Part shown: positions 1-9,135 of the stretch, piece after piece
How the letters are laid out: each line of letters starts with the position of its first letter
How positions within the stretch are numbered: the stretch's first letter is position 1
Program-made: the position numbers and the translations under genes
The notes under the pieces: model-generated
What the model saw: only the letters and a program-made list of their open reading frames with translations
The model's database searches: none
What the model was told of the DNA's origin: nothing
DNA from: Pseudomonadota bacterium
Lineage (GTDB): Bacteria; Desulfobacterota; Binatia; Binatales; Binataceae
NCBI GenBank assembly: GCA_021323945.1
Contig: JAJPKA010000018.1
Coordinates: 162,853-226,852, forward strand
Direction of reading: 5' to 3'
Length of the DNA: 64,000 nucleotides

Positions 1-1
1 T

Positions 2-163
2 GCGCAAGGCTGCGGAATGGGTGCAACCATCGCAATCGACGCCCGCCAGAAGCTGTTGTCTATTCCCGGTATTAGCGATGCGAACGTAGAGCTTGTATGG
101 GATCCGCCCTGGAATCCACAAATGATTTCACCCGAAGGCCGTGAACGCCTCGGCCTGGACTGA
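2..163 (+). CDS. C-terminal fragment (5' truncated by window edge) of DUF59/MIP18-family Fe-S cluster assembly protein (SufT/PaaD-like)
   Basis: Frame 2 translates to ...CGMGATIAIDARQKLLSIPGISDANVELVWDPPWNPQMISPEGRERLGLD*. The VWDPPW motif is typical of DUF59 proteins. Stop at 161-163. Confidence 0.55.
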   Translation, partial: AQGCGMGATIAIDARQKLLSIPGISDANVELVWDPPWNPQMISPEGRERLGLD

Positions 164-226
164 CTAATCAGGCTCGTTCTCAGTCGAAGTGGACAGCGCA
201 TTTTAAGGGGAGATAAGAAGCTTCCA

Positions 227-610
227 ATGTTTGCAATCATCAAGACCGGTGGGAAGCAGTACAGGGTTGTTCCTGGCGACCAAATAGTGGTCGAACGGCT
301 TGAAGGTGAAGTGGGTGCGGAGGTTTCCCTCGATCAAGTGCTGGCGGTTGGGGACGGCGACTCGGGGGCTATCGGTCGGCCGACGCTACCGGACGCGTGG
401 GTTAGGGCACGCATCGTTCAACAACCTCGCGGCACCAAAATCATCGTGTTCAAGAAAAAGCGACGGAAAAACTATCGGCGCAAACATGGGCATCGTCAGG
501 AGTTAACGGTTTTGCGAATCGAAGAGATAAGGCGGGGCTCCAGCGACCGCGCTACGGCCCCCGAAGCTCTGCCTGAGAAATCCGGTAGTCAATCGGACCA
601 CGAGGTGTGA
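227..610 (+). CDS. rplU: 50S ribosomal protein L21, with a ~22 aa acidic/Ser-rich C-terminal extension
   Basis: [14 protein letters not shown]...[16 protein letters not shown] matches L21 throughout. AAGGGGAG SD upstream. Confidence 0.9.
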   Translation: MFAIIKTGGKQYRVVPGDQIVVERLEGEVGAEVSLDQVLAVGDGDSGAIGRPTLPDAWVRARIVQQPRGTKIIVFKKKRRKNYRRKHGHRQELTVLRIEEIRRGSSDRATAPEALPEKSGSQSDHEV

Positions 611-614
611 TGAG

Positions 615-905
615 ATGGCGCACAAGAAGGGACAGGGCTCTACACGCAATGGGCGTGACAGTCCGGGTCAGCGTCGCGGTGTTAAAGTTTATGCAGGTCA
701 AACCGTAAAAGCCGGTAACATTCTGGTTCGCCAACTTGGGACGAGGATTCATCCGGGTCGCAACGTTGGACTCGGCCGTGACTACACGCTCTACGCTAGA
801 ATCGACGGTGTCGTTAAATACGAGAGCTATAGAGGCCGCGGGCGGCGCGTCAGTGTCGAGCCAAACATGTCATCGCATTCCAGCGAAGGACTAACCGCGC
901 AGTAG
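615..905 (+). CDS. rpmA: 50S ribosomal protein L27, with a ~10 aa C-terminal extension
   Basis: [16 protein letters not shown]...GRDYTLYA is the canonical L27 N-terminus. It starts 5 nt after the rplU stop. Confidence 0.9.
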   Translation: MAHKKGQGSTRNGRDSPGQRRGVKVYAGQTVKAGNILVRQLGTRIHPGRNVGLGRDYTLYARIDGVVKYESYRGRGRRVSVEPNMSSHSSEGLTAQ

Positions 906-969
906 CCCGGCGCCGCCGATGAAACGCGTTGCGCAAACACCCAGACAATCGTTGATCGCGATTCGCAAT

Positions 970-990
970 CACGCGGACACGCGTTGTGTT
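970..990 (+). terminator. Possible weak intrinsic terminator after rpmA (5-bp GC stem, GACA loop, TGTGTT tail)
   Basis: acgcg-gaca-cgcgt inverted repeat followed by a U/G-rich tract, in the convergent gap between rpmA and ald. Confidence 0.25.
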
Positions 991-1054
991 CACACCGACT
1001 GTGCGGTCAACTTCCATGCACGAGTCGATCGGTGAAGCGAATAGGGACTGCAGA

Positions 1055-2161
1055 CTAGTTCCACGGCGCGTGAGCTTTTAGTCCCAGTGAATCAGCTACT
1101 GCCGGATGCACTACAGAGCCATTGTAAGTGTTCAGTCCTGAACGCAAAGCTGGATTGCGGTCACAGGCCTCGAGCAATCCGTGATCAGCGATTTCAAGTG
1201 CGTACGAGAGAGTGGCGTTGGTTAACGCGTAAGTGGACGTGTGCGGCACGACGCCGGGCATGTTGGTCACGCAGTAATGGACCACACCCTCACGAATGTA
1301 GATCGGGTTTGAGTGAGTAGTCGGGGAAGAGGTTTCAGAGATGCCCCCCTGGTCAATCGAGATATCGACCAGCGCGGCGCCGCGTTTCATCTTTGAGACC
1401 ATCGAGCGCGTAATGAGTCGAGGTGCTCGTGCACCGGCTACCAGCACCGTCCCCACTACCAGGTCCGCCTGTCTGATCTCTTCCTCTAGGGTCGCGCGGT
1501 TCGACATGACAGTCACCGCACGATTGCTTAAAAGGTCACTGAGATAACGCAGACGCAGCGGATTGACGTCTAGGATTGTCACTTGTGCGCCGACGCCCTC
1601 GGCTACGCGACACGCGTTGAATCCGGCTATGCCACCTCCGATGATCAAAACCTTTCCCGGTCGCACACCGGGAGCGCCACTTAACAGAACTCCTGCCCCC
1701 CCGTTTTGCGCTTCGAGGCACCATCCGCCGACCTGGATGGCGAGACGACCCGCAACCTCGCTCATTGGCGCCAACAATGGCAGACTTGAATCTTCCAACT
1801 GGACGGTTTCATAGCCCAGCGCGGCGACCCGCCGCTTCAGCAGCACGCGTGCCACCTGCGGCTCTGCGGCAAGATGTAGGTAGGTGAAGAGGATGAGACC
1901 CGGGCGCAAGAACTTGAATTCGGAGGGAAGCGGTTCTTTGACCTTGAGCACCAAATCGGCTCGATTCCATACCGCAGATGCCGAGGTGACTACTTGCGCT
2001 CCCGCGGCGCGATACTGCTGGTCGGTAAATCCGCTGCCCAGACCGGCGCCATGTTGAACGTAAACCCGATGTCCATGGCTTACGAATGCGGCTGCGCCGG
2101 CCGGCGTCATCGCAACTCTGCGCTCGTCGGCCTTAATCTCTTTCAAAACTCCCACGATCAT
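1055..2161 (-). CDS. ald: Alanine dehydrogenase
   Basis: 368 aa. MIVGVLKEIKADERRVAMTPAG N-terminus and GGGIAGFNA NAD-binding motif are typical of Ald/PNT family alanine dehydrogenases. Confidence 0.9.
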   Translation of the reverse strand: MIVGVLKEIKADERRVAMTPAGAAAFVSHGHRVYVQHGAGLGSGFTDQQYRAAGAQVVTSASAVWNRADLVLKVKEPLPSEFKFLRPGLILFTYLHLAAEPQVARVLLKRRVAALGYETVQLEDSSLPLLAPMSEVAGRLAIQVGGWCLEAQNGGAGVLLSGAPGVRPGKVLIIGGGIAGFNACRVAEGVGAQVTILDVNPLRLRYLSDLLSNRAVTVMSNRATLEEEIRQADLVVGTVLVAGARAPRLITRSMVSKMKRGAALVDISIDQGGISETSSPTTHSNPIYIREGVVHYCVTNMPGVVPHTSTYALTNATLSYALEIADHGLLEACDRNPALRSGLNTYNGSVVHPAVADSLGLKAHAPWN

Positions 2162-2375
2162 TTTTTTTCAACTGTAGAAGAGCAACCAAAGATCGGCAAG
2201 GAACTGACACCGGTTGCCTTTCTGTGCGCAAGTGGATTGAGTTCGATCGGAAGGTCGCCGTCAGTGCTTGACAACTGCTCTGTTGCCGCGCTTGATGAAC
2301 ACTGAAGCTCATTCAATGTCCGCTGCGCCCGGCTGCTCGATAACGGGCCAGCCGCTAGCGCTTTGGGAGGAGAAG

Positions 2376-2768
2376 ATGGAGGCTCCGCCGGGACTCAAGT
2401 ATTCGAAAGAACATGAATGGGTGTCGACTGAAGACTCGTTAGCTACCATCGGCATTACCGATCACGCTCAGGAACAGCTTGGAGAAATTGTTTACATCGA
2501 GTTACCGTCGGTTGGTGAAAAAGTGAGCAAGGATGACCCCTTCGGAGTTGTCGAGTCAGTCAAGGCGGTCTCTGACATTTACGCGCCGGTCAGCGGCACG
2601 GTAGTTGAGGTCAACGAAGACTTGGCTGAAAGTCCTGAGGTCGTCAATGAAGATCCCTATGGTGACGGCTGGCTGATAAAGGTCAGAGTGAGCGACCCGA
2701 CCGATCTTGACGATCTTATGGATAACGAAGAATACGAGCAGATGATCGCCCGCGAGAAAGAAGAGTAA
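2376..2768 (+). CDS. gcvH: Glycine cleavage system H protein (lipoyl carrier)
   Basis: [16 protein letters not shown]...[16 protein letters not shown] contains the lipoyl-lysine ESVK motif. Start moved to the internal ATG at 2376, preceded by GGGAGGAG SD; the annotated upstream extension is not GcvH-like. Confidence 0.9.
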   Translation: MEAPPGLKYSKEHEWVSTEDSLATIGITDHAQEQLGEIVYIELPSVGEKVSKDDPFGVVESVKAVSDIYAPVSGTVVEVNEDLAESPEVVNEDPYGDGWLIKVRVSDPTDLDDLMDNEEYEQMIAREKEE

Positions 2769-3055
2769 ACACGAGCGTCGAAGCAGCCGCGGGAACGCCC
2801 TTTGGCGGCTGACCCGCGGCGGCCTAAATCAGCGATGCTGCCTCTCGCCATCGGAAAGCGTGGAGAGGGGCATCAAAGCCCGCAGATTCAGTGAGCTCGG
2901 ATGCGTCCCGCGTATCGCGAGGCCGGATACAGCGCTCCAGTCCGCCAGCGTCTCCCAGGCGTGAGTCAGGCTGCTGCAGCGATACGTCCTGCCCTTACTC
3001 ATCAACAGTCGTGCGTAATCGGTACTAAGCTTCGAGCCAGGCTCAGTCCCTGAGA

Positions 3056-4483
3056 TCATGACGCTGACTGTTCAAAGTTAGGGGCCCGGACAGGGATCGC
3101 CTGTGAGACCGAAACCTCATAGCTGTGAGCGGTAGCCGAGGGATTCATCAGCACAATAACGAAGCGGCAAGTCGTCGACGGCTCGAGTACGAAGTTTTTG
3201 GCCGGCTCGAGCTTTTGCAGGAAATCGATTTCATGCGGGGTCATTTGGCCGACCATTCCGGGCGAAACCGAATTGCCACAGTATGCTGAGCCCGATGCCA
3301 CTAACCGACGCTGCAGATCGCGCAGCCCCGCAGAGAGTTGCACGAGGTGTAGTGGCTCGGTGCCGACATTTTCTGCGGTGCCGCTAATCACCAGCGCTCG
3401 CCACGGGCCTTTACCCACTTGATAGGTTGCATCGACATCGCGCAGCGCGACCAGCTTTGCCGGCGTTGTCGGAACGGTAAAACGGTCGCCCACCAGCGGC
3501 AAATAGCTCAGAACCGACGCCGACGCGGCGGGAGCGTTGTGGATCAGCAGGGTGAGCGCCCCGAAGCCGAGCGCAATCAGGAAGATGAGCAGGATAAAGA
3601 AGCGCGACGAGTGAATGATACCGCGGTTGTAGATCGGGGCCTCGGCTTCGTCGATGAACTCGTCGTCGAGCAATTCTGCCCTTTGCCGGCGCCTCCGACC
3701 GCCGCTCCTCCTGGGCGTTTCGTCGCCGAACGTGTCGTCACGAAAGTTTTTTTCCTCGACTGCTCCCGGCGCCGCAAACTCGTCATCACCCACCCGCCAT
3801 CGGCTGCCTTCCACGGTGGGTGGGTCCGCGAGCGAGGTCGGCCGCCGACTCCGTCTGCTTACCTTGAGGGGGTTGGGCTCGGGTTCTTCATCAGTGAAGT
3901 CGAACGATAGGTTCTCTCCGGAGTTGTCTGGCTCACTCCCGGTAAACAGCCGTGAGTAGAATTTTCGCGCCTCCTCTGCTGCGACTCGTGCTGCTGGTTC
4001 AGATGACGACTTACTATTCGACCGCGGGCTCTCGACGCTGGTCGCCGGCGTGCTGGTCCCAGAACGATTTGTCCGCTCTTGCGGGCCTAGACCGTTGGCG
4101 AGGCGCCGCTCGCCGCTCGCCGCGGAGGGTGCCCGACGGACCGCCGAAGATTCGGGGCGCGTCATTTCGTCGAAACCTGGAGGCACCTCTGGAGAAGGTG
4201 TTGCGGGAGCGGCTTGCTCATGATTAGGGAATTCCTTGGCTTGCGCTGCCGGCGCTTGTCCCTCGTCCGTTGCAGGAGAAGGCGGCCGATCATCGGGAGG
4301 TTCGGCCGTGCGTTCTTGCTCAGGCTTAAGCCTCCCATGCTGCGCGGATGCCCGAGACTTCCGCGGTTCACAGCTAAAAACATGACCGCATCGCGAGCAC
4401 TTGAAAGTCGGCAAACCTTCCGGCAGAACCTGTTCATCGATACGGTAACGTGTATGACAGCTGGTACACTGAACTTCTATCAT
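3056..4483 (-). CDS. MJ0042-type zinc-ribbon protein with a long disordered Pro/Glu/Arg/Ser-rich linker, one TM helix and a C-terminal DUF3426-like domain
   Basis: N-terminus MIEVQCTSCHTRYRIDEQVLPEGLPTFKCSRCGHVFS is a CxxC...CxxC zinc ribbon. About 250 aa of low complexity follows, then the TM helix FFILLIFLIALGFGALTLLI and a beta-rich C-terminal domain. Confidence 0.6.
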   Translation of the reverse strand: MIEVQCTSCHTRYRIDEQVLPEGLPTFKCSRCGHVFSCEPRKSRASAQHGRLKPEQERTAEPPDDRPPSPATDEGQAPAAQAKEFPNHEQAAPATPSPEVPPGFDEMTRPESSAVRRAPSAASGERRLANGLGPQERTNRSGTSTPATSVESPRSNSKSSSEPAARVAAEEARKFYSRLFTGSEPDNSGENLSFDFTDEEPEPNPLKVSRRSRRPTSLADPPTVEGSRWRVGDDEFAAPGAVEEKNFRDDTFGDETPRRSGGRRRRQRAELLDDEFIDEAEAPIYNRGIIHSSRFFILLIFLIALGFGALTLLIHNAPAASASVLSYLPLVGDRFTVPTTPAKLVALRDVDATYQVGKGPWRALVISGTAENVGTEPLHLVQLSAGLRDLQRRLVASGSAYCGNSVSPGMVGQMTPHEIDFLQKLEPAKNFVLEPSTTCRFVIVLMNPSATAHSYEVSVSQAIPVRAPNFEQSAS

Positions 4484-4608
4484 CCGCGCGCCTCATCAAC
4501 TGGATTAGACGTTACCACAGTCCCATATTAGGATCAGCCTTGGGTAGTGAGAGCCCTTTGCGCGGACCAGCCACTGGCCGATTGTGGCATGCTTGATTGA
4601 CTCGTGCT

Positions 4609-5721
4609 ATGCGAATTGCCTTGGTAAATCGCCGTTTCGATGCCACCGGTGGCGGTACAGAGCGCGATTTATTGGTTACCGCGCAATTGCTCACCGCCGC
4701 AGGCCATCAAGTTACCATTTATGCCGCGGAAGTTCGCCGGCAAAATCCAGGTGTGGATGTCAGGAGTCTCATGAGTCTGCCCTTCGGCCGAGCCTTGAGA
4801 CTGCTTGTGTTTGGACTCCGCGCGGCGGCGGTGGCGCGCAGAGACGGAGCTGACTTGGTGGTGAGTTTTGCTCGTGCAATAAACGCAGATATTATGCGCT
4901 CGGGGGGAGGGGCGCACAAAAGCTACATTGCCGCAGCACGGCAATGGCAGGGGACCACCGGCCAGGCCCTGATGAGGCTTAGTCCTTACCATCGCGTGCA
5001 GCTTGCGCTAGAGCGAGCCGCGTTCAGGTCACGCCAAACCCGGCGCGTAATTGCAGTCTCGGAACTGGTCCGCCGTGACCTCGTAAGAAGTTTTGGCTTG
5101 CCCGATCCGCGCGTTAAGCTCCTGTACAACGGCGTTGATCTAAGGCGGTTTGTGCCTAGTCGAGACCGATCGCGCTCAAACCCGCTGCGCTCCCGATTAG
5201 GCCTCGGTAGCGCTACCGCAATTGCATTCATCGGAAACGGTTTTGCGCGCAAGGGATTGTGGTTTCTGCTCGAGGCCTGGCCAATGGTCGATTCACGCGC
5301 CCGGCTGCTTGTGGCTGGGGTGGATCGGTCACTCAAAGCCTATCAGCGTCGTGCAACGCAATTGGGAATTGGCGACCGGGTGATTTTTCTTGGCAAATGC
5401 GCCGATGTCGCGGAACTGCTCACCGCGGTGGATGGGTTAGCTTTGCCCTCGTTGTTCGAACCCTTCGGCAACGTTGTAATTGAAGCGATGGCGGCTGGAC
5501 TGCCCGTACTTTGTAGTCAACAGACCGGCGCGGCCGAGCTGATTCCACCGGTGTTACGTGAATTGATCGTGACCGATCCAACCGACGTCGAGGAGCTGGG
5601 ACGGCGGCTCAAGCTGCTGTTGAAGATTGACGGCGACGCGACGCAATTATTGCGGTCGACTGCGGAACAATATAGTTGGGAGCGGTATGGTTGGGAGCTG
5701 CAGCGGATTCTCTCTTTCTAA
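4609..5721 (+). CDS. Glycosyltransferase family 4 (GT-B, group 1)
   Basis: MRIALVNRRFDATGGGTERDLL... N-terminus and the C-terminal EPFGNVVIEAMAAGLPV motif are characteristic of GT4 retaining glycosyltransferases. Start is ATG 4609, inside the annotated 4597 TTG ORF. Confidence 0.8.
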   Translation: MRIALVNRRFDATGGGTERDLLVTAQLLTAAGHQVTIYAAEVRRQNPGVDVRSLMSLPFGRALRLLVFGLRAAAVARRDGADLVVSFARAINADIMRSGGGAHKSYIAAARQWQGTTGQALMRLSPYHRVQLALERAAFRSRQTRRVIAVSELVRRDLVRSFGLPDPRVKLLYNGVDLRRFVPSRDRSRSNPLRSRLGLGSATAIAFIGNGFARKGLWFLLEAWPMVDSRARLLVAGVDRSLKAYQRRATQLGIGDRVIFLGKCADVAELLTAVDGLALPSLFEPFGNVVIEAMAAGLPVLCSQQTGAAELIPPVLRELIVTDPTDVEELGRRLKLLLKIDGDATQLLRSTAEQYSWERYGWELQRILSF

Positions 5722-5783
5722 AAGATATAAAATCGAAGTTGTGACACGCTATGCGGCCGGGCTGTAGCTATCGGATAACAAAT

Positions 5784-6671
5784 TCAGTGAGCGTTCAGAC
5801 GGCGCAATCCGTCGCGCATGCCCTGCGCTATCGCCAGGCGTCTTTCCTCACGGGCAATTCGAGCGACGGGTGCTTTAAGAGCGCGCGCCAGGGCAAGCCG
5901 CAGTGCTGCGAGGGTTAACTTGATAAGCACCTCTCCCCGAGAGTGGCGCTCGTGCAAGGTTCGGCAAAAACCGCGCTCGCGCGCGATCCTGATGAAGCGC
6001 GATCGCACTGCTCGCCTTGAGTCAACCTCGTGCCAAACCAGCGCCCTTGGAGCGTAGCCGATGTGCAGCCCCGCACGACGCAAACGCTGCGAGAGCTCGG
6101 TCTCTTCCTCATGACCCGCGGCGCCTGGCCCCAGGCGCTCGTCGAAAAGTCCAACCATGCGGAGGGCGGAGGCGCGAAAGGCCATGTTCGCGCCGATCAC
6201 CCCGCGCACCTCGATAACCTCCTCTCCATGGTCTACGAGCGGAAGGTCCAGGTAAGCGGCATTTTCACCTGCGGCGACTTCGGGATTCTCCGCAGGGAGA
6301 ATCCGTCCCTTCATCGCGGCAAACTCAGGATGATCCGCAAAGAAAGCTTCGACCGCCTTTAGGTAATCCCTTGCGGGCACAACATCATCATCCAAGAAGA
6401 CGAGAATCTCGCCGGACGTTAGTGCGATCGCCCTATTCTGGATCCTGCATTTGCCGGGTCTTGGATCATGAAGGTGAACGAACTGGAGATCGGGGATGGC
6501 AATTGGAGTGGATGCAACGGTTCCGTTCTCCGCCACTAGCAACTCATGACGGTCGCCCACAAGCTGGGGCGCAAGACTGTGCAATAGACGAGCGAGAGAA
6601 CTTGGTCGTTGATGGCTGGCGACGATAATCGAGAGCTTGGCCACGGGCTGCTCGCCTGCCTGGTTATGCAA
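5784..6671 (-). CDS. Glycosyltransferase family 2 (GT-A)
   Basis: KLSIIVASHQRPSSLARLLHSL and the DDD region LVFLDDDVVP are typical GT2 motifs. Confidence 0.75.
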   Translation of the reverse strand: MHNQAGEQPVAKLSIIVASHQRPSSLARLLHSLAPQLVGDRHELLVAENGTVASTPIAIPDLQFVHLHDPRPGKCRIQNRAIALTSGEILVFLDDDVVPARDYLKAVEAFFADHPEFAAMKGRILPAENPEVAAGENAAYLDLPLVDHGEEVIEVRGVIGANMAFRASALRMVGLFDERLGPGAAGHEEETELSQRLRRAGLHIGYAPRALVWHEVDSRRAVRSRFIRIARERGFCRTLHERHSRGEVLIKLTLAALRLALARALKAPVARIAREERRLAIAQGMRDGLRRLNAH

Positions 6672-6691
6672 AATGTTCTGTCAGCACATCC

Positions 6692-7297
6692 TCAGGACGA
6701 ACCTAGAAGCAGATGCAAAAAATTCATCGTAAGCTCGTAGGTGAGGCCCCAGATAACCTGTTTGTGGTAAAGTATAGCCGGGCGTAGGAGTTCTACATGA
6801 TCGCGCTGCCATCGATGAATTCCTCGGTAGCGCGGATCGGCCAATACCGCAAGAGGCACTTCGAAGATTTCGGCGACCTCCTTTGGATCGGGATGGAGTT
6901 GGGGTTCACCCTTGACGATTCCCACGAAGGGAGTAACGAGGATGTTGGTGCTGCGTGTACGGCGACCCTCGAAGGCTCCGAGAATATCCAACGAATGAGG
7001 TTCGAGACCGATCTCTTCGTGCGCTTCGCGCAACGCCGCACCTAAAAGGTCAGCGTCGCGCTGATCGAAGCGGCCTCCCGGGAACGCAACCTCGCCGCGG
7101 TGGTTAGCGAGGCGATCGGAGCGTCGAGTATAAAGCACCGTAAACTGGTTGTCACGGCGCAGCAACGCGATCAGCACGGCTGCTGACTTGAGTCCGCCGT
7201 CGACGGCTGGACGTTCTACAGAGTCCGCAGGTATGAGTCGCTGCCTCAAACGCTCGAGGCAGGCGTCGATCTCGCAAGCATCTGGCGGCTGATTCAT
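6692..7297 (-). CDS. NUDIX hydrolase, CoA pyrophosphatase-like (NudL family)
   Basis: NUDIX box GGRFDQRDADLLGAALREAHEEIGL, preceded by the LANHRGEVAFPGG motif typical of CoA pyrophosphatases. Confidence 0.75.
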   Translation of the reverse strand: MNQPPDACEIDACLERLRQRLIPADSVERPAVDGGLKSAAVLIALLRRDNQFTVLYTRRSDRLANHRGEVAFPGGRFDQRDADLLGAALREAHEEIGLEPHSLDILGAFEGRRTRSTNILVTPFVGIVKGEPQLHPDPKEVAEIFEVPLAVLADPRYRGIHRWQRDHVELLRPAILYHKQVIWGLTYELTMNFLHLLLGSS

Positions 7298-7440
7298 GTA
7301 GCCTAGATCATCCTTGCATGTCGACAGCTGTGCAAGGATTTAGGCCGTTGGCACTGAACGGTTTGTCCTGGGCTCAGGTGAGCGGAGACCGTTTGATGGA
7401 GTTGTCAAGACAAGGTTGAGAAAGCCGATTAGGCGTCGGG

Positions 7441-8685
7441 GTGCATTTGCGAGCCGTGCGCGAAGGTCATTTTAACAAGGGACAATCGACGAGCGGGACG
7501 CGATATCTCATCGGGCGTTATCACGAGATTACGCTGAAGGGACGTAATCGCTGGCGCTTCGTTCGGCAGCTCAAGCACAATCTCGTCGAAGTCTTCGGAG
7601 ACTATTCTTTAAACCGAATCCACCTGGAAGGCCCGCGAATTATTGTCGAACTGCCCCGTGCACTGACCGATCAGATTGCCACCGAGCGCGCCAAGCTGAT
7701 CTTCGGCCTGCAGAATTTTTCGATCAGCCATGCTGTGCCTCTCGACATAGAAGCGATCAAGCGGCAGGCTGTGGCAATCGCTGCTTGCGGTGTTGCAGCT
7801 TGTCCGGAACGCACTTTTCGCGTCAGCTCACGACGTGCAGAAAAACGCTTCGGCCTGACGTCGATGGAGATCGATCGCGAGGTCGGTGCGGAAGTCAGCT
7901 CAGCGCTGGGGCTCAAAGTGGATCTGGAAAATCCACAAATGACCATCTCCATCGAAATTCTGCCGGGGGTGGCATACGTCTCCGCCGGCAAGATAACGGG
8001 AGCTGGTGGCCTACCAGTCGGAGTAACAGGAAGAGGTCTGGTTCTGCTGTCGGGCGGCATCGATTCCCCGGTGGCTGCTTACCGGATGATGAGGCGGGGA
8101 ATGCGTGTCGATTTCGTCCACTTCCATAGCTATCCTTTGGTATCGAGTGCCAGCCGGGACAAGGCTCGCGAGCTCGCAGCGCATTTGACTCGTTACCAGG
8201 CGAGATCGAGTCTGATGTTAGTCCCGTTTGCAGCTGCGCAACGCGAGATAGTGGCGCGAGTGCCGCGCCCGCTCAGAGTCGTGGTCTATCGGCGAGTAAT
8301 GTTGGCGATCGCCAGTGAACTGGCAGAAAGAGTCGGTGCACAAGTCTTGATCACGGGTGAGAGTCTTGGTCAGGTTGCGTCGCAGACACTGGAAAATATG
8401 ATGATCATTCAACAGGCGGCGAGGCACCCGGTGCTCCGCCCGCTAATCGGTATGGATAAGAATGAGATAGTTAGTGAGGCGCGGCGCTTGTCTACTTTTG
8501 AAACCTCGATCCAGCCCGACGAGGATTGCTGCACGTTGTTCACCCCCGCCCACCCCGAAACGCATGCGCGCTTTGACCAGGTCGCCCAGGCCGAAGCAAT
8601 GCTTGCTATGGATCAGCTCGTCCAGCAGGCTGTGAAGTCTACCGAGATCGTGCTTAATGCTTTCCCTCGCCCAACAACAGAATAG
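7441..8685 (+). CDS. thiI: tRNA 4-thiouridine synthase / thiamine biosynthesis sulfurtransferase ThiI
   Basis: YLIGRYHEITLKGRNRWRF (THUMP N-terminus) and the PP-loop SGGIDSPVAAYRMMRRG. Start codon is uncertain (GTG/TTG candidates at 7441-7456). Confidence 0.85.
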   Translation: MHLRAVREGHFNKGQSTSGTRYLIGRYHEITLKGRNRWRFVRQLKHNLVEVFGDYSLNRIHLEGPRIIVELPRALTDQIATERAKLIFGLQNFSISHAVPLDIEAIKRQAVAIAACGVAACPERTFRVSSRRAEKRFGLTSMEIDREVGAEVSSALGLKVDLENPQMTISIEILPGVAYVSAGKITGAGGLPVGVTGRGLVLLSGGIDSPVAAYRMMRRGMRVDFVHFHSYPLVSSASRDKARELAAHLTRYQARSSLMLVPFAAAQREIVARVPRPLRVVVYRRVMLAIASELAERVGAQVLITGESLGQVASQTLENMMIIQQAARHPVLRPLIGMDKNEIVSEARRLSTFETSIQPDEDCCTLFTPAHPETHARFDQVAQAEAMLAMDQLVQQAVKSTEIVLNAFPRPTTE

Positions 8686-8697
8686 CGAGTAGAGGCC

Positions 8698-9099
8698 ATG
8701 GGAATTCCATTCGTTGTTGCTGAATTGGATCACATTGTGCTGCGATGCCGCCAACAGGATCGGATGCTGGACTTCTACACACGAGTGCTCGGTCTTAAGG
8801 AGGAGAGGAGAATTCCACAGATCGGTCTTATCCAGCTCCGCGCGGGAGCCAGCATGGTCGATCTTGTCCCCACTTGTGAGCCGCGGATGGAAAACGCGCT
8901 CAACGTGGACCATTTCTGTCTGGGCATAGAGACTGACGATCTCAATTTGGCAATCAACTATCTGCGGGCAAACGGCACCGAAGTCATTGGCGAACCAGCC
9001 GCGCGCTATGGCGCCCGTGGGATCGGTAAGTCGATCTACGCGCGCGATCCGGAGGGTAACGTGATTGAACTCAAACAGCTACCCAAAGGATCGGTTTAG
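8698..9099 (+). CDS. VOC family protein (glyoxalase / bleomycin-resistance / dioxygenase fold)
   Basis: 133 aa. The HIVLRCRQQDRMLDFYTRVLGL and DHFCLGIE...GNVIEL pattern matches the paired beta-alpha-beta-beta-beta modules of glyoxalase-I-like proteins. Confidence 0.7.
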   Translation: MGIPFVVAELDHIVLRCRQQDRMLDFYTRVLGLKEERRIPQIGLIQLRAGASMVDLVPTCEPRMENALNVDHFCLGIETDDLNLAINYLRANGTEVIGEPAARYGARGIGKSIYARDPEGNVIELKQLPKGSV

Positions 9100-9135
9100 T
9101 TTTGAGCCCCGAAAACGGACCCGGGCTAAAGTGAA

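Noticed and set aside
2162-2375. Glycine riboswitch upstream of gcvH
   Set aside because: No GGAGAG...ACCGAAGGGGCAA-type cores are present, and the region is short. It was treated as a plain divergent promoter between ald and gcvH.
3419-3910. Numerous 60-260 aa antisense or overlapping ORFs in the six-frame track, for example 3419-3910, 12310-12750, 19735-20178 and 36258-37049
   Set aside because: These are high-GC shadow ORFs lying inside, and antisense to, strongly supported genes. Their proteins are Arg/Pro/Ser-rich without domain features.
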